Shown here: positions 1-9,073 of the stretch, in pieces
Numbering within the stretch: position 1 is the first letter of the stretch
How the letters are laid out: the number at the start of each line of letters is the position of its first letter
From: Desulfovibrionaceae bacterium
GTDB lineage: Bacteria; Desulfobacterota; Desulfovibrionia; Desulfovibrionales; Desulfovibrionaceae
Length of the DNA: 64,000 nt
NCBI GenBank assembly: GCA_031552315.1
Contig: JAVBMP010000031.1
Location: forward strand, 14,548 to 78,547
Direction of reading: 5' to 3'
The notes under the pieces: model-generated
The model's database searches: none
Seen by the model: only the letters and a program-made list of their open reading frames with translations
What the model was told of the DNA's origin: nothing
Translations under genes and position numbers: made by a program

Positions 1-1172
1 CCGGCCCCCAATCCTGCCCCCAAGCCTGCCCCCAAGCCTGCCCCCAAGCCTGAAAGTTCCGGCAGGGCGGCCAGTCCCAGCGCCACGCCCACCAGCCCAA
101 GGGGAAATTCAAAAAGCCGTTCCGCGAAATAAAGCGCGGCAATGCTGCCTTCCGCCAAAAAAGAAGCCAGCAGGGTGGTTGCCAGCACCCCAAGCTGCTG
201 CCCGCCGGAACCCAGCAAAAGCGGCGGCAGGCGGCGCAAAAAGCGTCTGTCTTCCGCCCCGCGCGGATTAATGGGGCCAAAAAGGGCAAAGCCGCGCCGG
301 GCAAGGCCGGGAATTTGCGCGGCAAGTTGCAGCGCCCCGCCCGCCAGCACGCCAAAGGCCAGCACTTGGGCAATAAACCACGGCTGTTGTGAAAATTGCA
401 AGAACAGCAAGCCAATGGCCGCCAAAATGCCGATGTTGAAGCAGGCGGTCTGCATGGCCGGGCGGCGGTATTCCCCCTGCCCCAGCCATATGCCGCTTAA
501 CAGCGCGGCCCCGGCGGCTAGCGGCAAGTACCACAGGCAGATGCGCAACAGCCGCGTGCCCAGCTCCAGCTGTTCCTGCTGGCCCGCAAGACCGGGGGCC
601 AGCAGGCTGAAAAGGTAAGAGGCCGGGAAAAAGGCGCACAGGGCGGCCAGAAAAAAAAGCGCCAGCAAACTGTAAAAGGCCGCGCGGCCAAATTTGAACG
701 CCCCGGACGGGTCTTGCCCGTAATGTTCCGTAAAAGGCGGCACAAAGGCCAGGGCCAGCGCCCCCTCACTGAAAAGACGGCGGAAAAAATTCGGCAGACG
801 AAAGGCCGCCAAAAAACAGTCCGCCACCCAGGAACCGCCCAGCGCCCAGGCCAGGGCCACATCACGCAGCAACGCCAGCAGGCGGGAAAATATGGTGCCC
901 CCGGCAAGCCACAGCCAGCCGAGCTTTTTCCGGCTGCCGGATCCCGCCTGAACAGGACGCGTGGGGCCGGGCTGCGTGGGGCCGGAATCTTCCAAGTCTG
1001 GCCGGGCGGGGCCGGGCTGTGCCAAATCGGGTTGAGTGGGGCCGGACTGCGTGGGGCCGGAATGCGTCAGGTCTGGCCGGGCGGGGCCGGGCTGTGCCAA
1101 ATCGGGCCGGGCGGTGCCGGGTTGAGCGGGGCCGCATTCCGGCAAAACGGTTTCCTTAAGGCCAGCCCCCAT
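1..1172 (-). CDS. murJ: Lipid II flippase MurJ/MviN, N-terminal part; gene runs off the left edge
   Basis: Absent from the ORF track because its stop lies outside the window. Manual minus-strand translation (codons ending at 932, 929...) gives RKKLGWLWLAGGTIFSRLLALLRDVALAW and AALYFAERLFEFPLGLVGVALGLAALPELS, both typical MurJ motifs. The ATG at 1172-1170 overlaps the rnr stop (TGATG). The conserved core begins near 940, so the true start may be internal. Confidence 0.8.
   Translation of the reverse strand, partial: MGAGLKETVLPECGPAQPGTARPDLAQPGPARPDLTHSGPTQSGPTQPDLAQPGPARPDLEDSGPTQPGPTRPVQAGSGSRKKLGWLWLAGGTIFSRLLALLRDVALAWALGGSWVADCFLAAFRLPNFFRRLFSEGALALAFVPPFTEHYGQDPSGAFKFGRAAFYSLLALFFLAALCAFFPASYLFSLLAPGLAGQQEQLELGTRLLRICLWYLPLAAGAALLSGIWLGQGEYRRPAMQTACFNIGILAAIGLLFLQFSQQPWFIAQVLAFGVLAGGALQLAAQIPGLARRGFALFGPINPRGAEDRRFLRRLPPLLLGSGGQQLGVLATTLLASFLAEGSIAALYFAERLFEFPLGLVGVALGLAALPELSGLGAGLGAGLGAGLGA
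957..1133. repeat. 75-bp tandem repeat, about 2.3 copies, in the murJ 5' region
   Basis: ctgcgtggggccggaat recurs at 972 and 1047. gtctggccgggcggggccgggctgtgccaaatcggg recurs at 996 and 1071. The period is exactly 75 bp, which is in frame. Confidence 0.85.
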
Positions 1173-4100
1173 CAGTCCCCGCCTTTGCGGCGGCTGGTGG
1201 TAAGGCCCTTGCGGCGCCCGGTGGCCCGCCCGATGGCCCGTCCGGCGGTTCGCCCGGCACCCGGCTTGCCCTTGCCTTGCCTGTCGCTGTTTTGGTTGGC
1301 GCTGTTTTGTCCGTCCCGATTTTGCCCGCCGCTGTTTTGTTTGCCGCCCCGGTCATCTTCCCGCTTTTGGCCGTTTTTACGCCCTTGCTTGTTGGGGCGG
1401 CCCTGTTCGGCATCCCGGCCCCGGCCCGCGCCGTTTTTTTCCGGCCAGCCGCTTCCGCCAGTTTCGCCGCCTTCGCCTGTCCGCCCGCCCCGGCGTTTGC
1501 CGGAACCGCCTTCGGGCGCCCGCGCGGCCTGTCTGGCAGGGCCGGCACCCTCCGCAAGGGCAAAGGTGAGTTCGCGCTGTTCCACATTTACAGAAGCCAG
1601 CGTCAGGGCCAGGCGCTGGCCAAAACGCCAGCTTTTGCCGCTTAGCTGGCCGAAAAGTTCATTCCTTTCCTGATCAAAAACATAATAATCCTGCGGGAGG
1701 GAATCCACCCGCACCATGCCCTCGGCGGCCAGGCCTTCCAGCTCCACAAAAATGCCATAATCTGTCAGGCCGGAAACCAGGCCGGAGAACGCCTCGCCGA
1801 TTTTGTCGCGCAAGTACAGGGCGGCGCACAGCTCGTCCATTTCCCGTTCGGCCTCCACGGCCTTGCGTTCATTGGCGTTCACGCTTTCGGCCTCTTCTTG
1901 CAAAACGGCGTAGTCCGGGCCGGGGTTGCGGGCCAGGGCGGCCTTAAGAGAACGGTGTACCAATAAATCCGCGTAACGGCGTATGGGCGAGGTGAAGTGG
2001 CAATAGCATTCCGACGCCAGGCCGAAATGCCCTTCCGGTTCCGGGCTGTAGCGGGCCTGCATCATGGCGCGGAGTAGCAGGCGGCTTATAAGGAAGGCCT
2101 CTGGGCTTTCCCGCGTGAAGGCCAGAATTTTTTGCAGTTGGGCCGGTTCCGGCTCGGCGGGCAATTCCTGCAAGCGTTCCGCGAAATTGCGCCCAAAGCT
2201 GGTGTTGGCAAGGTTTTTCAAAAAATTTTCCAGCTTTTCCGGGGCCGGGGCAGGGTGGACGCGGTAAAGCAGGTTGTAGGCGCGGTCGCGCAAATAGCGG
2301 GCCACCGCCTCATTGGCCGCCACCATGAAGGCTTCGATCAGGCGGTGGGAAAACAGGCGCTGGCGCAGGCCAAGGGCCATGATGCGCCCTTCGGAATCAA
2401 CCTTTATGTCGGCTTCCGGCAGTTCAAAATCAAGGTTGCCCTCTTTATTGCGCCGCTCTATGCACAGGCGGGCCAAGGCCGCCGCCCGTTCCAGCATGGC
2501 CTTGTGAGTCCCGGCCACGGGGGGCGCAGCGTCCGGCTGTCCGGGTTCCGGCTGCCCGGCTTCCGCCTCTGCCGCGCCTTGCCCGGCTATGCCCAGCAGG
2601 GCCTCTACGCCTTCATAGGTAAGGCGGCCCCGGCTTTCAATCACGGCGGGGTAAAAATCCGCGCGGCCCGCTACCCCGGCGGCGGAAAAATCCATTTCCG
2701 CCACCATTACCAGACGGGGCACGCCCTCGTTAAGGCTGCATAAACCGTTGGAAAGCGCGGGCGGCAACATTGGTTCCACCGAAGCCGGGAAGTAATAGGA
2801 ATTGCCTCTGGCCCTGGCTTCCGCATCCAGCGCCCCTCCGGGCCGCACGTAGTGGCTTACGTCCGCTATGGCCACATGCAGGGTAAAGCCCCCGCCCGTA
2901 CCCGCGCCCGTTCCCCCTGTTCCCCATGTTTCCACTGTTCCGCCAGTTTTTGAGGGCGCAACGTGAATGGCGTCGTCAAAGTCCCGCGCGTCCGCCCCGT
3001 CAATGGTCACAAAAGGCAAGTGGCGCAAATCACGCCGCCCGGCGGCCAATTCCGCTTCCAGTTCCGCCGCTGAAGGGTTGGCGGGCAGCAGGGCGGCTTC
3101 CGCCAGGGCCTCTGCGGGAAATTCCGTGGCTATGCCGTAAGTGGCCTTCATCAGCCTTTCCTGCATTTGCAGGCCGTCGCCCGCGCCAAGGTTGGCGCTG
3201 GCCCGCAAGCGCAGATAGCCGGGCCGGGCCTCGCCGGGAAGGGCTTCCGGCGGCAATTCGGTTTGCGCCAGCAGCAAGTGGCCGGGTTGCACCGCCGGGG
3301 AACCGGGCGGCAGGGTGGAAGCGTCCACCATGAAAATAAAGCCGAAACGTCCGTCCAGCGGGCGGGCCAACCAGTCTGAACCGCCATTCCGCGTTGGCCC
3401 TTCCCCGGCGGGGGCAGGCGCGCCAAGGGCGGAAAAGCCGCTGTAGTCGCCGTAATCTTGCGGGCCGGGCTGGTGCAGCGCCCGCACGGGCAGTTCCTTA
3501 ACCCCGCGTTCAAGCACCCGGATGATGCGGCCTTCCGGGTTTTTGCCCCGGCTGTCCGGCAACAGCGCGGCCAGCACCCGGTCGCCGGGCCAGGCCCCGC
3601 CCAGATTGTTGGGGTGAACGTAAATATCGCGGGCAAGCCGGGCAGCGGGGCGGCTTGCCGGTTTGCCGGACGGCCCGGTGGCGGCCGTTTTTCCGGCCTG
3701 ATTTTTGGCGGCAGCCTGCCCTTTGTGCCCGCCTGGCAAATGTTCGCCAGATAAATGTCCTTCAGACAAATGTCCGCCAGATGAATGTCCGCCAGACGAA
3801 TGCCAGCCGAGTGCGTTATCCGGCACAATAAAGCCCATGCCGCCGCGCGGAATTGTCAACTTGCCGCTAATTTGCCGCAAACCTTCCGGCAAGGCATAGC
3901 GCCGCCCTTTGCCTGCCCCGCGCAAACGCAGCAGCTGGCCGCGTTCTTCCAGCAGGGCCAAAAAATCTTCCAGCCGCCGGGCGTGCTTGCGGCCAAGGCC
4001 CAGGGGCCGCAGCAGGTCTTCAAGCCCCAGGGGGGCGGGGTGGTTGCGGGGGTGCCCGGCACCGCGCAAAATATCCAGCACGGCCTCTTCCAGCGCGGCC

Positions 4101-4330
4101 ATGGTGTAGTCCGCCAAAAAGGGCTTGCGGCTTTTTTCCATCCGCGCCTCGTGCAGTTGTTTTTCCGCCGCGCGTTCGGTCTGTCTGATTTTTTTTGCCA
4201 TATGTTCAAGGGTGCGCCGGGTTGCGCGGCGCGGCGGCTTTGGGGGGGTGTTCAGGGACGGGGTTTGTCGTAAATGCTGCATTGCGCCGTCAAAATTCAT
4301 TCTTTTGGCACTGTTTAACATGGGGCACAA
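1172..4330 (-). CDS. rnr: Ribonuclease R (RNB exoribonuclease with S1 domain and basic C-terminal tail)
   Basis: 1052-aa ORF. RNB-type motifs DFDDAIHV, HVAIADVSHYV and YFPASVEPMLP; S1-like GLVSGLTDYGIFVELEG; Lys/Arg/Gly-rich tail. Start is uncertain: candidate ATGs at 4330, 4201 and 4141, and the one at 4141 has a GAGG Shine-Dalgarno. Confidence 0.93.
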   Translation of the reverse strand: MCPMLNSAKRMNFDGAMQHLRQTPSLNTPPKPPRRATRRTLEHMAKKIRQTERAAEKQLHEARMEKSRKPFLADYTMAALEEAVLDILRGAGHPRNHPAPLGLEDLLRPLGLGRKHARRLEDFLALLEERGQLLRLRGAGKGRRYALPEGLRQISGKLTIPRGGMGFIVPDNALGWHSSGGHSSGGHLSEGHLSGEHLPGGHKGQAAAKNQAGKTAATGPSGKPASRPAARLARDIYVHPNNLGGAWPGDRVLAALLPDSRGKNPEGRIIRVLERGVKELPVRALHQPGPQDYGDYSGFSALGAPAPAGEGPTRNGGSDWLARPLDGRFGFIFMVDASTLPPGSPAVQPGHLLLAQTELPPEALPGEARPGYLRLRASANLGAGDGLQMQERLMKATYGIATEFPAEALAEAALLPANPSAAELEAELAAGRRDLRHLPFVTIDGADARDFDDAIHVAPSKTGGTVETWGTGGTGAGTGGGFTLHVAIADVSHYVRPGGALDAEARARGNSYYFPASVEPMLPPALSNGLCSLNEGVPRLVMVAEMDFSAAGVAGRADFYPAVIESRGRLTYEGVEALLGIAGQGAAEAEAGQPEPGQPDAAPPVAGTHKAMLERAAALARLCIERRNKEGNLDFELPEADIKVDSEGRIMALGLRQRLFSHRLIEAFMVAANEAVARYLRDRAYNLLYRVHPAPAPEKLENFLKNLANTSFGRNFAERLQELPAEPEPAQLQKILAFTRESPEAFLISRLLLRAMMQARYSPEPEGHFGLASECYCHFTSPIRRYADLLVHRSLKAALARNPGPDYAVLQEEAESVNANERKAVEAEREMDELCAALYLRDKIGEAFSGLVSGLTDYGIFVELEGLAAEGMVRVDSLPQDYYVFDQERNELFGQLSGKSWRFGQRLALTLASVNVEQRELTFALAEGAGPARQAARAPEGGSGKRRGGRTGEGGETGGSGWPEKNGAGRGRDAEQGRPNKQGRKNGQKREDDRGGKQNSGGQNRDGQNSANQNSDRQGKGKPGAGRTAGRAIGRATGRRKGLTTSRRKGGD

Positions 4331-4448
4331 GCAAGGTCAACGCGCGCTTTTTTGCAGCAACTCACGCCTGAAATCAGAGGTTGCGCGGCAAACGCTATCA
4401 GGTTAAAAGAAGGCCTTGTAAAGAATTATTCATTATCAGGAGTTCACC

Positions 4449-5771
4449 ATGCCCCAAACCTGCGACACCTTACTGCTTGCGCCGCTTATCGTCACCCAGA
4501 ACGATGCGCGGGAAATTATTTCCAACGGGGCAATCGCCATTGGGGGCGGCAAAATTTTGGGAATAGGCCCGCGCGCGGAAACAGAAGCCGCCTTTCAGGC
4601 CGCTGAACGCCTTGAAATGGCGGATTCTTTGCTTATGCCCGGCCTTGTGAACGCGCATACCCACGCCAGCATGACCCTGCTGCGCGGCTACGCCGATGAC
4701 CTGCCCCTGATGGAATGGTTGCAGGAACATATTTTCCCGGCGGAAGGGCACCTTGCGCACCGCATGGTTTACGTGGGCGCCATGCTGGCCTGCGCGGAAA
4801 TGATGCGCACCGGCACCACGGATTTTTATGACATGTATCTTTTGGAAAGCGCGGTGCTGGAGGCAGTGGATAAAGCCGGGATGCGCGCCATTTGCGGCGA
4901 GGTGATTTTTGCCTTCCCTTCCGTGGCCTACAAGGACGTGCCTTCCGCCTTCGCCCTTTACCGGGAACAGGCCCAGGGCTTGAAGGGGCATGACCGCCTG
5001 CGCCTTGGGGTTTCACCCCATGCGGTTTACACCACTAACCGGGAAATTCTTGAAGGTTGCCGCGACCTGGCGGAAGAACTGGATTTGCCCCTGTTCATCC
5101 ACCTGGCGGAAACCCGGCAGGAAACGGAAGATTGCCTTGCCATGCACGGGGTAAGGCCGGTGGAACTTTGCCGCCTTGCCGGAATTTTGGGGCCAAAAAC
5201 CACCATTCACCACGGAATTGACCTGAACTGGGCGGAACAGGATTTGCTGGCGCAATGCAACGTAAAAATGTCGCACAACCCCAAAAGCAACATGAAGCTT
5301 GCTTCCGGCGTGGCCCCGGTGCCGGAACTGCTGCAAAAAGGCGTATGCGTTGGGCTGGGCACAGATGGCGCGGCCAGCAACAACAGCCTGAACATGTTTG
5401 CGGAAATGAGCGTGGCCGCGCTTTTGCACAAGGTGCACACCATGGACCCCACCACCCTGCCCGCGCAAACCGTGCTGGACATGGCCACCCGCAACGGGGC
5501 CAGGGCCCTGCACCAGACGGATTCCGGCGCGTTGGAAACTGGCGCCCCGGCGGATATAATCGCCCTTGACCTGCAAGCCCCCGGCCTTACCCCCATGCAC
5601 AACCCGGTATCCCACCTGGTTTATGCCGCCAGCGGGCATGAAGTGCGCCTGAACATGGTTGCCGGGCGTGTGCTTTACAAAGACGGCAAATACCTTACCC
5701 TGAACCTGGCGGATTTGCGGCAGGAAGCGCAGGAAATTGCCGACCACTTGCGCAAATTGTGCACGGCATGA
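4449..5771 (+). CDS. mtaD: 5-methylthioadenosine/S-adenosylhomocysteine deaminase (amidohydrolase)
   Basis: 440 aa. Metal-binding NAHTHASMTLLRGYADDLPLMEWL and the overall MtaD/TrzA-like pattern. AGGAG lies 7 nt before the ATG. Confidence 0.88.
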   Translation: MPQTCDTLLLAPLIVTQNDAREIISNGAIAIGGGKILGIGPRAETEAAFQAAERLEMADSLLMPGLVNAHTHASMTLLRGYADDLPLMEWLQEHIFPAEGHLAHRMVYVGAMLACAEMMRTGTTDFYDMYLLESAVLEAVDKAGMRAICGEVIFAFPSVAYKDVPSAFALYREQAQGLKGHDRLRLGVSPHAVYTTNREILEGCRDLAEELDLPLFIHLAETRQETEDCLAMHGVRPVELCRLAGILGPKTTIHHGIDLNWAEQDLLAQCNVKMSHNPKSNMKLASGVAPVPELLQKGVCVGLGTDGAASNNSLNMFAEMSVAALLHKVHTMDPTTLPAQTVLDMATRNGARALHQTDSGALETGAPADIIALDLQAPGLTPMHNPVSHLVYAASGHEVRLNMVAGRVLYKDGKYLTLNLADLRQEAQEIADHLRKLCTA

Positions 5772-5779
5772 ACCTTGCA
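5764..5779 (+). promoter_or_regulatory. Candidate sigma-54 (-24/-12) promoter
   Basis: cGGcatg-aacc-TTGCa against the consensus TGGCACG-N4-TTGCW. The GG to GC spacing is exactly the canonical 12 nt. It overlaps the mtaD stop and lies 40 nt upstream of the 5819 ATG. Confidence 0.4.
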
Positions 5780-5818
5780 TCAAATTCCAGACAGCAAAAT
5801 TACATTTAAGGCGAGCAA

Positions 5819-8521
5819 ATGATAAAACTAAGCACCTTGAAAGAAAGAAACCCCCGCGTTGAAGACCATTTGATGCGCGCCAAGGGTTACGCTTTATGGC
5901 TGGCCTGGGATGGGCAGCCAAACAGCGTGCTGCTTAGAAGCCTTGAGGATTGCGGCGGTTGCTGCGTGCTGGAGCTGGAAAACCAGGCCTTGTGGTTCTT
6001 TTTTGGGCATGAGGCCTTTTTGGCTGCCGCCCGCCTTTGTTCCTGGGCAAAATTCAACCCGCTGCCGGTTTCCATTGCCTTTTTCAACAGCACCCTGGTC
6101 TATTCAAACCGCAGTGAACTGCATCTGGAACTGCCCAATGAAATTTGGGCGATGGAACTGCCGGTGCCCGCGTCCTTCCAGATGTGGATGCACAGCGACC
6201 TTTACAGCAGCGCCCTGGCCGTGCCCGGCATTACCTTGCAGGAACAGACCCCGCCCCCCGGCCTTGCCGGGCAGTGGAAGCTTATGCAGGCCGATTCCCG
6301 CCTGCCTTATGAAAATACCATGGGCTGGTACGGCATAATCCACCCTTTGGGCAACCAGCTTGACAAGGCCTTTCAAAACGGCTGGCGGGCCTTTTTCAGC
6401 GTGCTGGAACCCATGTTGCAACGCAACAAATGCCGTTATACCCTGCATGAAACCTTTTTGCTTTTCCCGCTGGATTCCCTGCGCCATTTGAAGGCCTTTT
6501 GCCTTGACTTCATGGGCCTGGTGCAAAAGGTAAAAAGCGATGAAAGCACAGACAACTACTGGCCTTGCAACGTTGCCATAGTGGAACGCAAGGGCCTTAA
6601 CTTCAATAATGAATTGCCGCAAAAAATAGGGCTGGACTGGGAACAGCTTATGCCAGACTACCCGCATATGTCCATGCGCAGCGCCACCTTGCTGGGGCGG
6701 GCGTTTACGGCCCACGCGGTGCGCTTTGGCATGGGCGGCGACACGCCGGAAACCTGGTGCAACATTACCCGGCTGGATGAGGAACGCAAAGAGCATGTAG
6801 GTTCCTTGCCCCTTCTGGCCCCCAGCACCCTTATGCTGGGCAAGCTGGAACACTGCTTTTATTGCGGGCAGCGCAGCCACGCCAGCGCCCAGTGCCCGTC
6901 TCGCCAGCTGGATTCCAGAGACCCGGTGGTGTGGAACCAGGTTGCCGCGCTTGATTTTACCGCCATGCGCTCCGGGGTGGCCAGCATAGACAAAACCCTT
7001 ACGGAAAGCCCCGGCAAACTTTTTTCCTTGCTGGATGAATCCAGTCAGGCCGGGGTGCTGTGCCGGGCCATTTTTGACATAATGGGTTCAGTCCAGTACC
7101 GTTCCATAAACCAGATATGGCGCACCAGGGGCAAGGAATTTCCGCGCACGCCCGCCGACCTTATGCCGGAAGACGACAGCAGCCTGTGGCCCATGCTGAA
7201 GCGCCTGCCCAATGTGGAAACAAGTTCCCTGAACAAGGAATTGCAGGCCTATACCCTGCGCTACCCGCGAGACTTCAAGGGCTTTTCCCTGCTGGGCTTT
7301 GTGGCTATGGAAAATGGCGACATCCCCAAGGCCCTGAATTATTGGAAGGAAGCGGAAATGCTTAGCCCGGCGGGCATTCCGCAGGCCTGGCACCAATTTT
7401 TGCAGGCCCGCCTGCATGAAGTGCTTTCCAACTACAGCCACGCCTGGACAATTTACAGCCAAATGGCCTCACAGTACCAAAAATGGCTGGAATTGCAGTA
7501 CCGCGCCATTGTCTGCCGCATAAAAAGCGGTTTTGCGGATAAAGAAGTGCCAAACCTGGTGCGCCTTGTCGGCAAAGACCCGCACTTTTTCAACAAAGCC
7601 CTGCTTGACCCGGAACTGGAACGCGGCCAGGTGCAAATTCTTTCCGGCCTTTACCCCACCTGGCAAAGCGCCGGGGCAAGGGCGGCGGCGGCCCTTGATG
7701 ATGTGCGCACCATGGATGGGGAACTGGGCACCTGGTTCACCGCCGACCACCTGTTCTACAAAAAGGCCAAAGACCGCATAGCCCGGCTGCTCAGCATGTC
7801 CGGGGTGCACAACTATGTGCCCTTCATGGCCGTAATAAGCGGCAGCGCCCAGCTGGAAAAAGACTTGCTGGTGTGCATAAGCAATGAAGGCAAGGCCTTT
7901 CGCGCCATTTTGCAATCTTATGCCGAGCGCTTGAAAATAATTCAGGAAGATGCCGCCTGGTTTCCCTTTCCCAAAGTCATGCAGGATTTTAAAAAGAACT
8001 TTAATGCCTGCGCCGCCAGCCTGAACTGGGGATTGGGCATAAACCTGCATATTTCAGAAAACTTCAAAAAAGCGCAAATGCTGATTGAGGCGGAAAAAAA
8101 GCGGCTGGAGAAAATGGAATCCAAACTCAAGATGCTGCGCCTGGTGCGTGACTGCACCCTGTTTTCTCTGGTCATGGCAAAGACATTTCTTTGGATTGAA
8201 ATTATCGGCATACTGCTGATCATAGCCGGGCTGCCCCTGCTAAGCTTTTACGGAGAAAGCACCAAGGCCTCGTGGGCCGCCGCCCTTGCGGCGCAACAAA
8301 GCTTGCAGTTCCAAAAGGTTGCCATTCTGGCCCTTAGCCTTTTTGCCTTTGGCGTGTCCGCCCTTAGCACCCTGGTGCGCTTTGACAAAATACGCGCCAA
8401 AATTTTCGCCAAGGCCAAAGCCAAAGAGGCCGCCCTGGCAAAAGAACGCCAAATGCAAAGAGAAAAGGCCAAAATAAAGGCCGCGCAAACCGTCACCCGC
8501 AAGCCACCCGCAAAAAAATAG
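5819..8521 (+). CDS. Large uncharacterised protein: two repeated alpha/beta N-terminal modules, CCHC zinc knuckle, helical TPR-like region, two C-terminal TM helices, Lys-rich tail
   Basis: 900-aa ORF with coding-like composition. CFYCGQRSHASAQC (nt 6854-6895) fits CX2CX4HX4C. Hydrophobic helices FLWIEIIGILLIIAGLPLL and VAILALSLFAFGVSALSTLV lie near the C-terminus. I recognise no family. Confidence 0.75.
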   Translation: MIKLSTLKERNPRVEDHLMRAKGYALWLAWDGQPNSVLLRSLEDCGGCCVLELENQALWFFFGHEAFLAAARLCSWAKFNPLPVSIAFFNSTLVYSNRSELHLELPNEIWAMELPVPASFQMWMHSDLYSSALAVPGITLQEQTPPPGLAGQWKLMQADSRLPYENTMGWYGIIHPLGNQLDKAFQNGWRAFFSVLEPMLQRNKCRYTLHETFLLFPLDSLRHLKAFCLDFMGLVQKVKSDESTDNYWPCNVAIVERKGLNFNNELPQKIGLDWEQLMPDYPHMSMRSATLLGRAFTAHAVRFGMGGDTPETWCNITRLDEERKEHVGSLPLLAPSTLMLGKLEHCFYCGQRSHASAQCPSRQLDSRDPVVWNQVAALDFTAMRSGVASIDKTLTESPGKLFSLLDESSQAGVLCRAIFDIMGSVQYRSINQIWRTRGKEFPRTPADLMPEDDSSLWPMLKRLPNVETSSLNKELQAYTLRYPRDFKGFSLLGFVAMENGDIPKALNYWKEAEMLSPAGIPQAWHQFLQARLHEVLSNYSHAWTIYSQMASQYQKWLELQYRAIVCRIKSGFADKEVPNLVRLVGKDPHFFNKALLDPELERGQVQILSGLYPTWQSAGARAAAALDDVRTMDGELGTWFTADHLFYKKAKDRIARLLSMSGVHNYVPFMAVISGSAQLEKDLLVCISNEGKAFRAILQSYAERLKIIQEDAAWFPFPKVMQDFKKNFNACAASLNWGLGINLHISENFKKAQMLIEAEKKRLEKMESKLKMLRLVRDCTLFSLVMAKTFLWIEIIGILLIIAGLPLLSFYGESTKASWAAALAAQQSLQFQKVAILALSLFAFGVSALSTLVRFDKIRAKIFAKAKAKEAALAKERQMQREKAKIKAAQTVTRKPPAKK

Positions 8522-8625
8522 GCCGTAAAAAATCTGATTGCGCAACGTAGATTGCATCAAGTCCGTTTTTAAGCACCCGCAATAGCCAAGCTGACCCTGA
8601 ACAGCAACAGGCGGCTGGCGAACGC

Positions 8626-9012
8626 CTATTCATCCAACTTTGAACAGAATGCCCTGTTTTCAGCCACCGCGATACGGCGCACCAGTTCATCCGCCAGCAT
8701 TCGGGCGGGAAGGCGGCGAAGCGCCGCTTCTGTTTCCCAATGTTCAGCCGCCTCGGCACCAGTCTCGTAACGTGCCTCGTGTGGCGGGGAAAAAGCAAAA
8801 ACAGGGCCGCTTCCAGTCAATATCCATTCGGGGTTGGCGTGTTTATGCCACATAAGAATTACCAGCCAGCTTGATGGAATTTTCCCGCGCTTTTCCGCGT
8901 CAGACACAGATTCCCGCGTGACACCAAGCAGGGCTGCGAGCTCTGCTTGTGTCTGGTTGCCGGTAATGAGTTTTATACGCTCCATCTGTTTGTTGAAGAC
9001 TTGATTTCCCAT
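8626..9012 (-). CDS. CI-repressor-type helix-turn-helix transcriptional regulator
   Basis: 128 aa. TQAELAALLGVTRESVSDAEKRGKIPSSWLVILMWHKHANPEWILTGSGP matches the phage CI repressor HTH pattern. Confidence 0.8.
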   Translation of the reverse strand: MGNQVFNKQMERIKLITGNQTQAELAALLGVTRESVSDAEKRGKIPSSWLVILMWHKHANPEWILTGSGPVFAFSPPHEARYETGAEAAEHWETEAALRRLPARMLADELVRRIAVAENRAFCSKLDE

Positions 9013-9057
9013 TTAACCCCCATTGGCCTTTAGCGTACACCGTGGCCTGCTATTGAT

Positions 9058-9069
9058 AGTCAATTGACT
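9058..9069. promoter_or_regulatory. Perfect 12-bp palindrome AGTCAATTGACT; candidate operator
   Basis: Lies in the 61-bp spacer between the divergent HTH genes (8626-9012 minus, 9074-9379 plus). Confidence 0.3.
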
Positions 9070-9073
9070 TACA

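Noticed and set aside
142-1673. Track ORFs 142-618(+), 268-639(-), 518-907(-), 714-1673(+) and 862-1137(-) at the left end
   Set aside because: Their translations are Arg/Pro/Ala/Gly-rich nonsense typical of off-frame GC-rich DNA. The third minus-strand frame is absent from the track because its stop lies outside the window, and it gives clear MurJ motifs.
5819-8521. Retroelement Gag-like or transposon-derived gene, suggested by the CCHC zinc knuckle
   Set aside because: There is no reverse transcriptase, protease, integrase or terminal repeat. The protein has TM helices and TPR-like repeats, and the composition is host-like.
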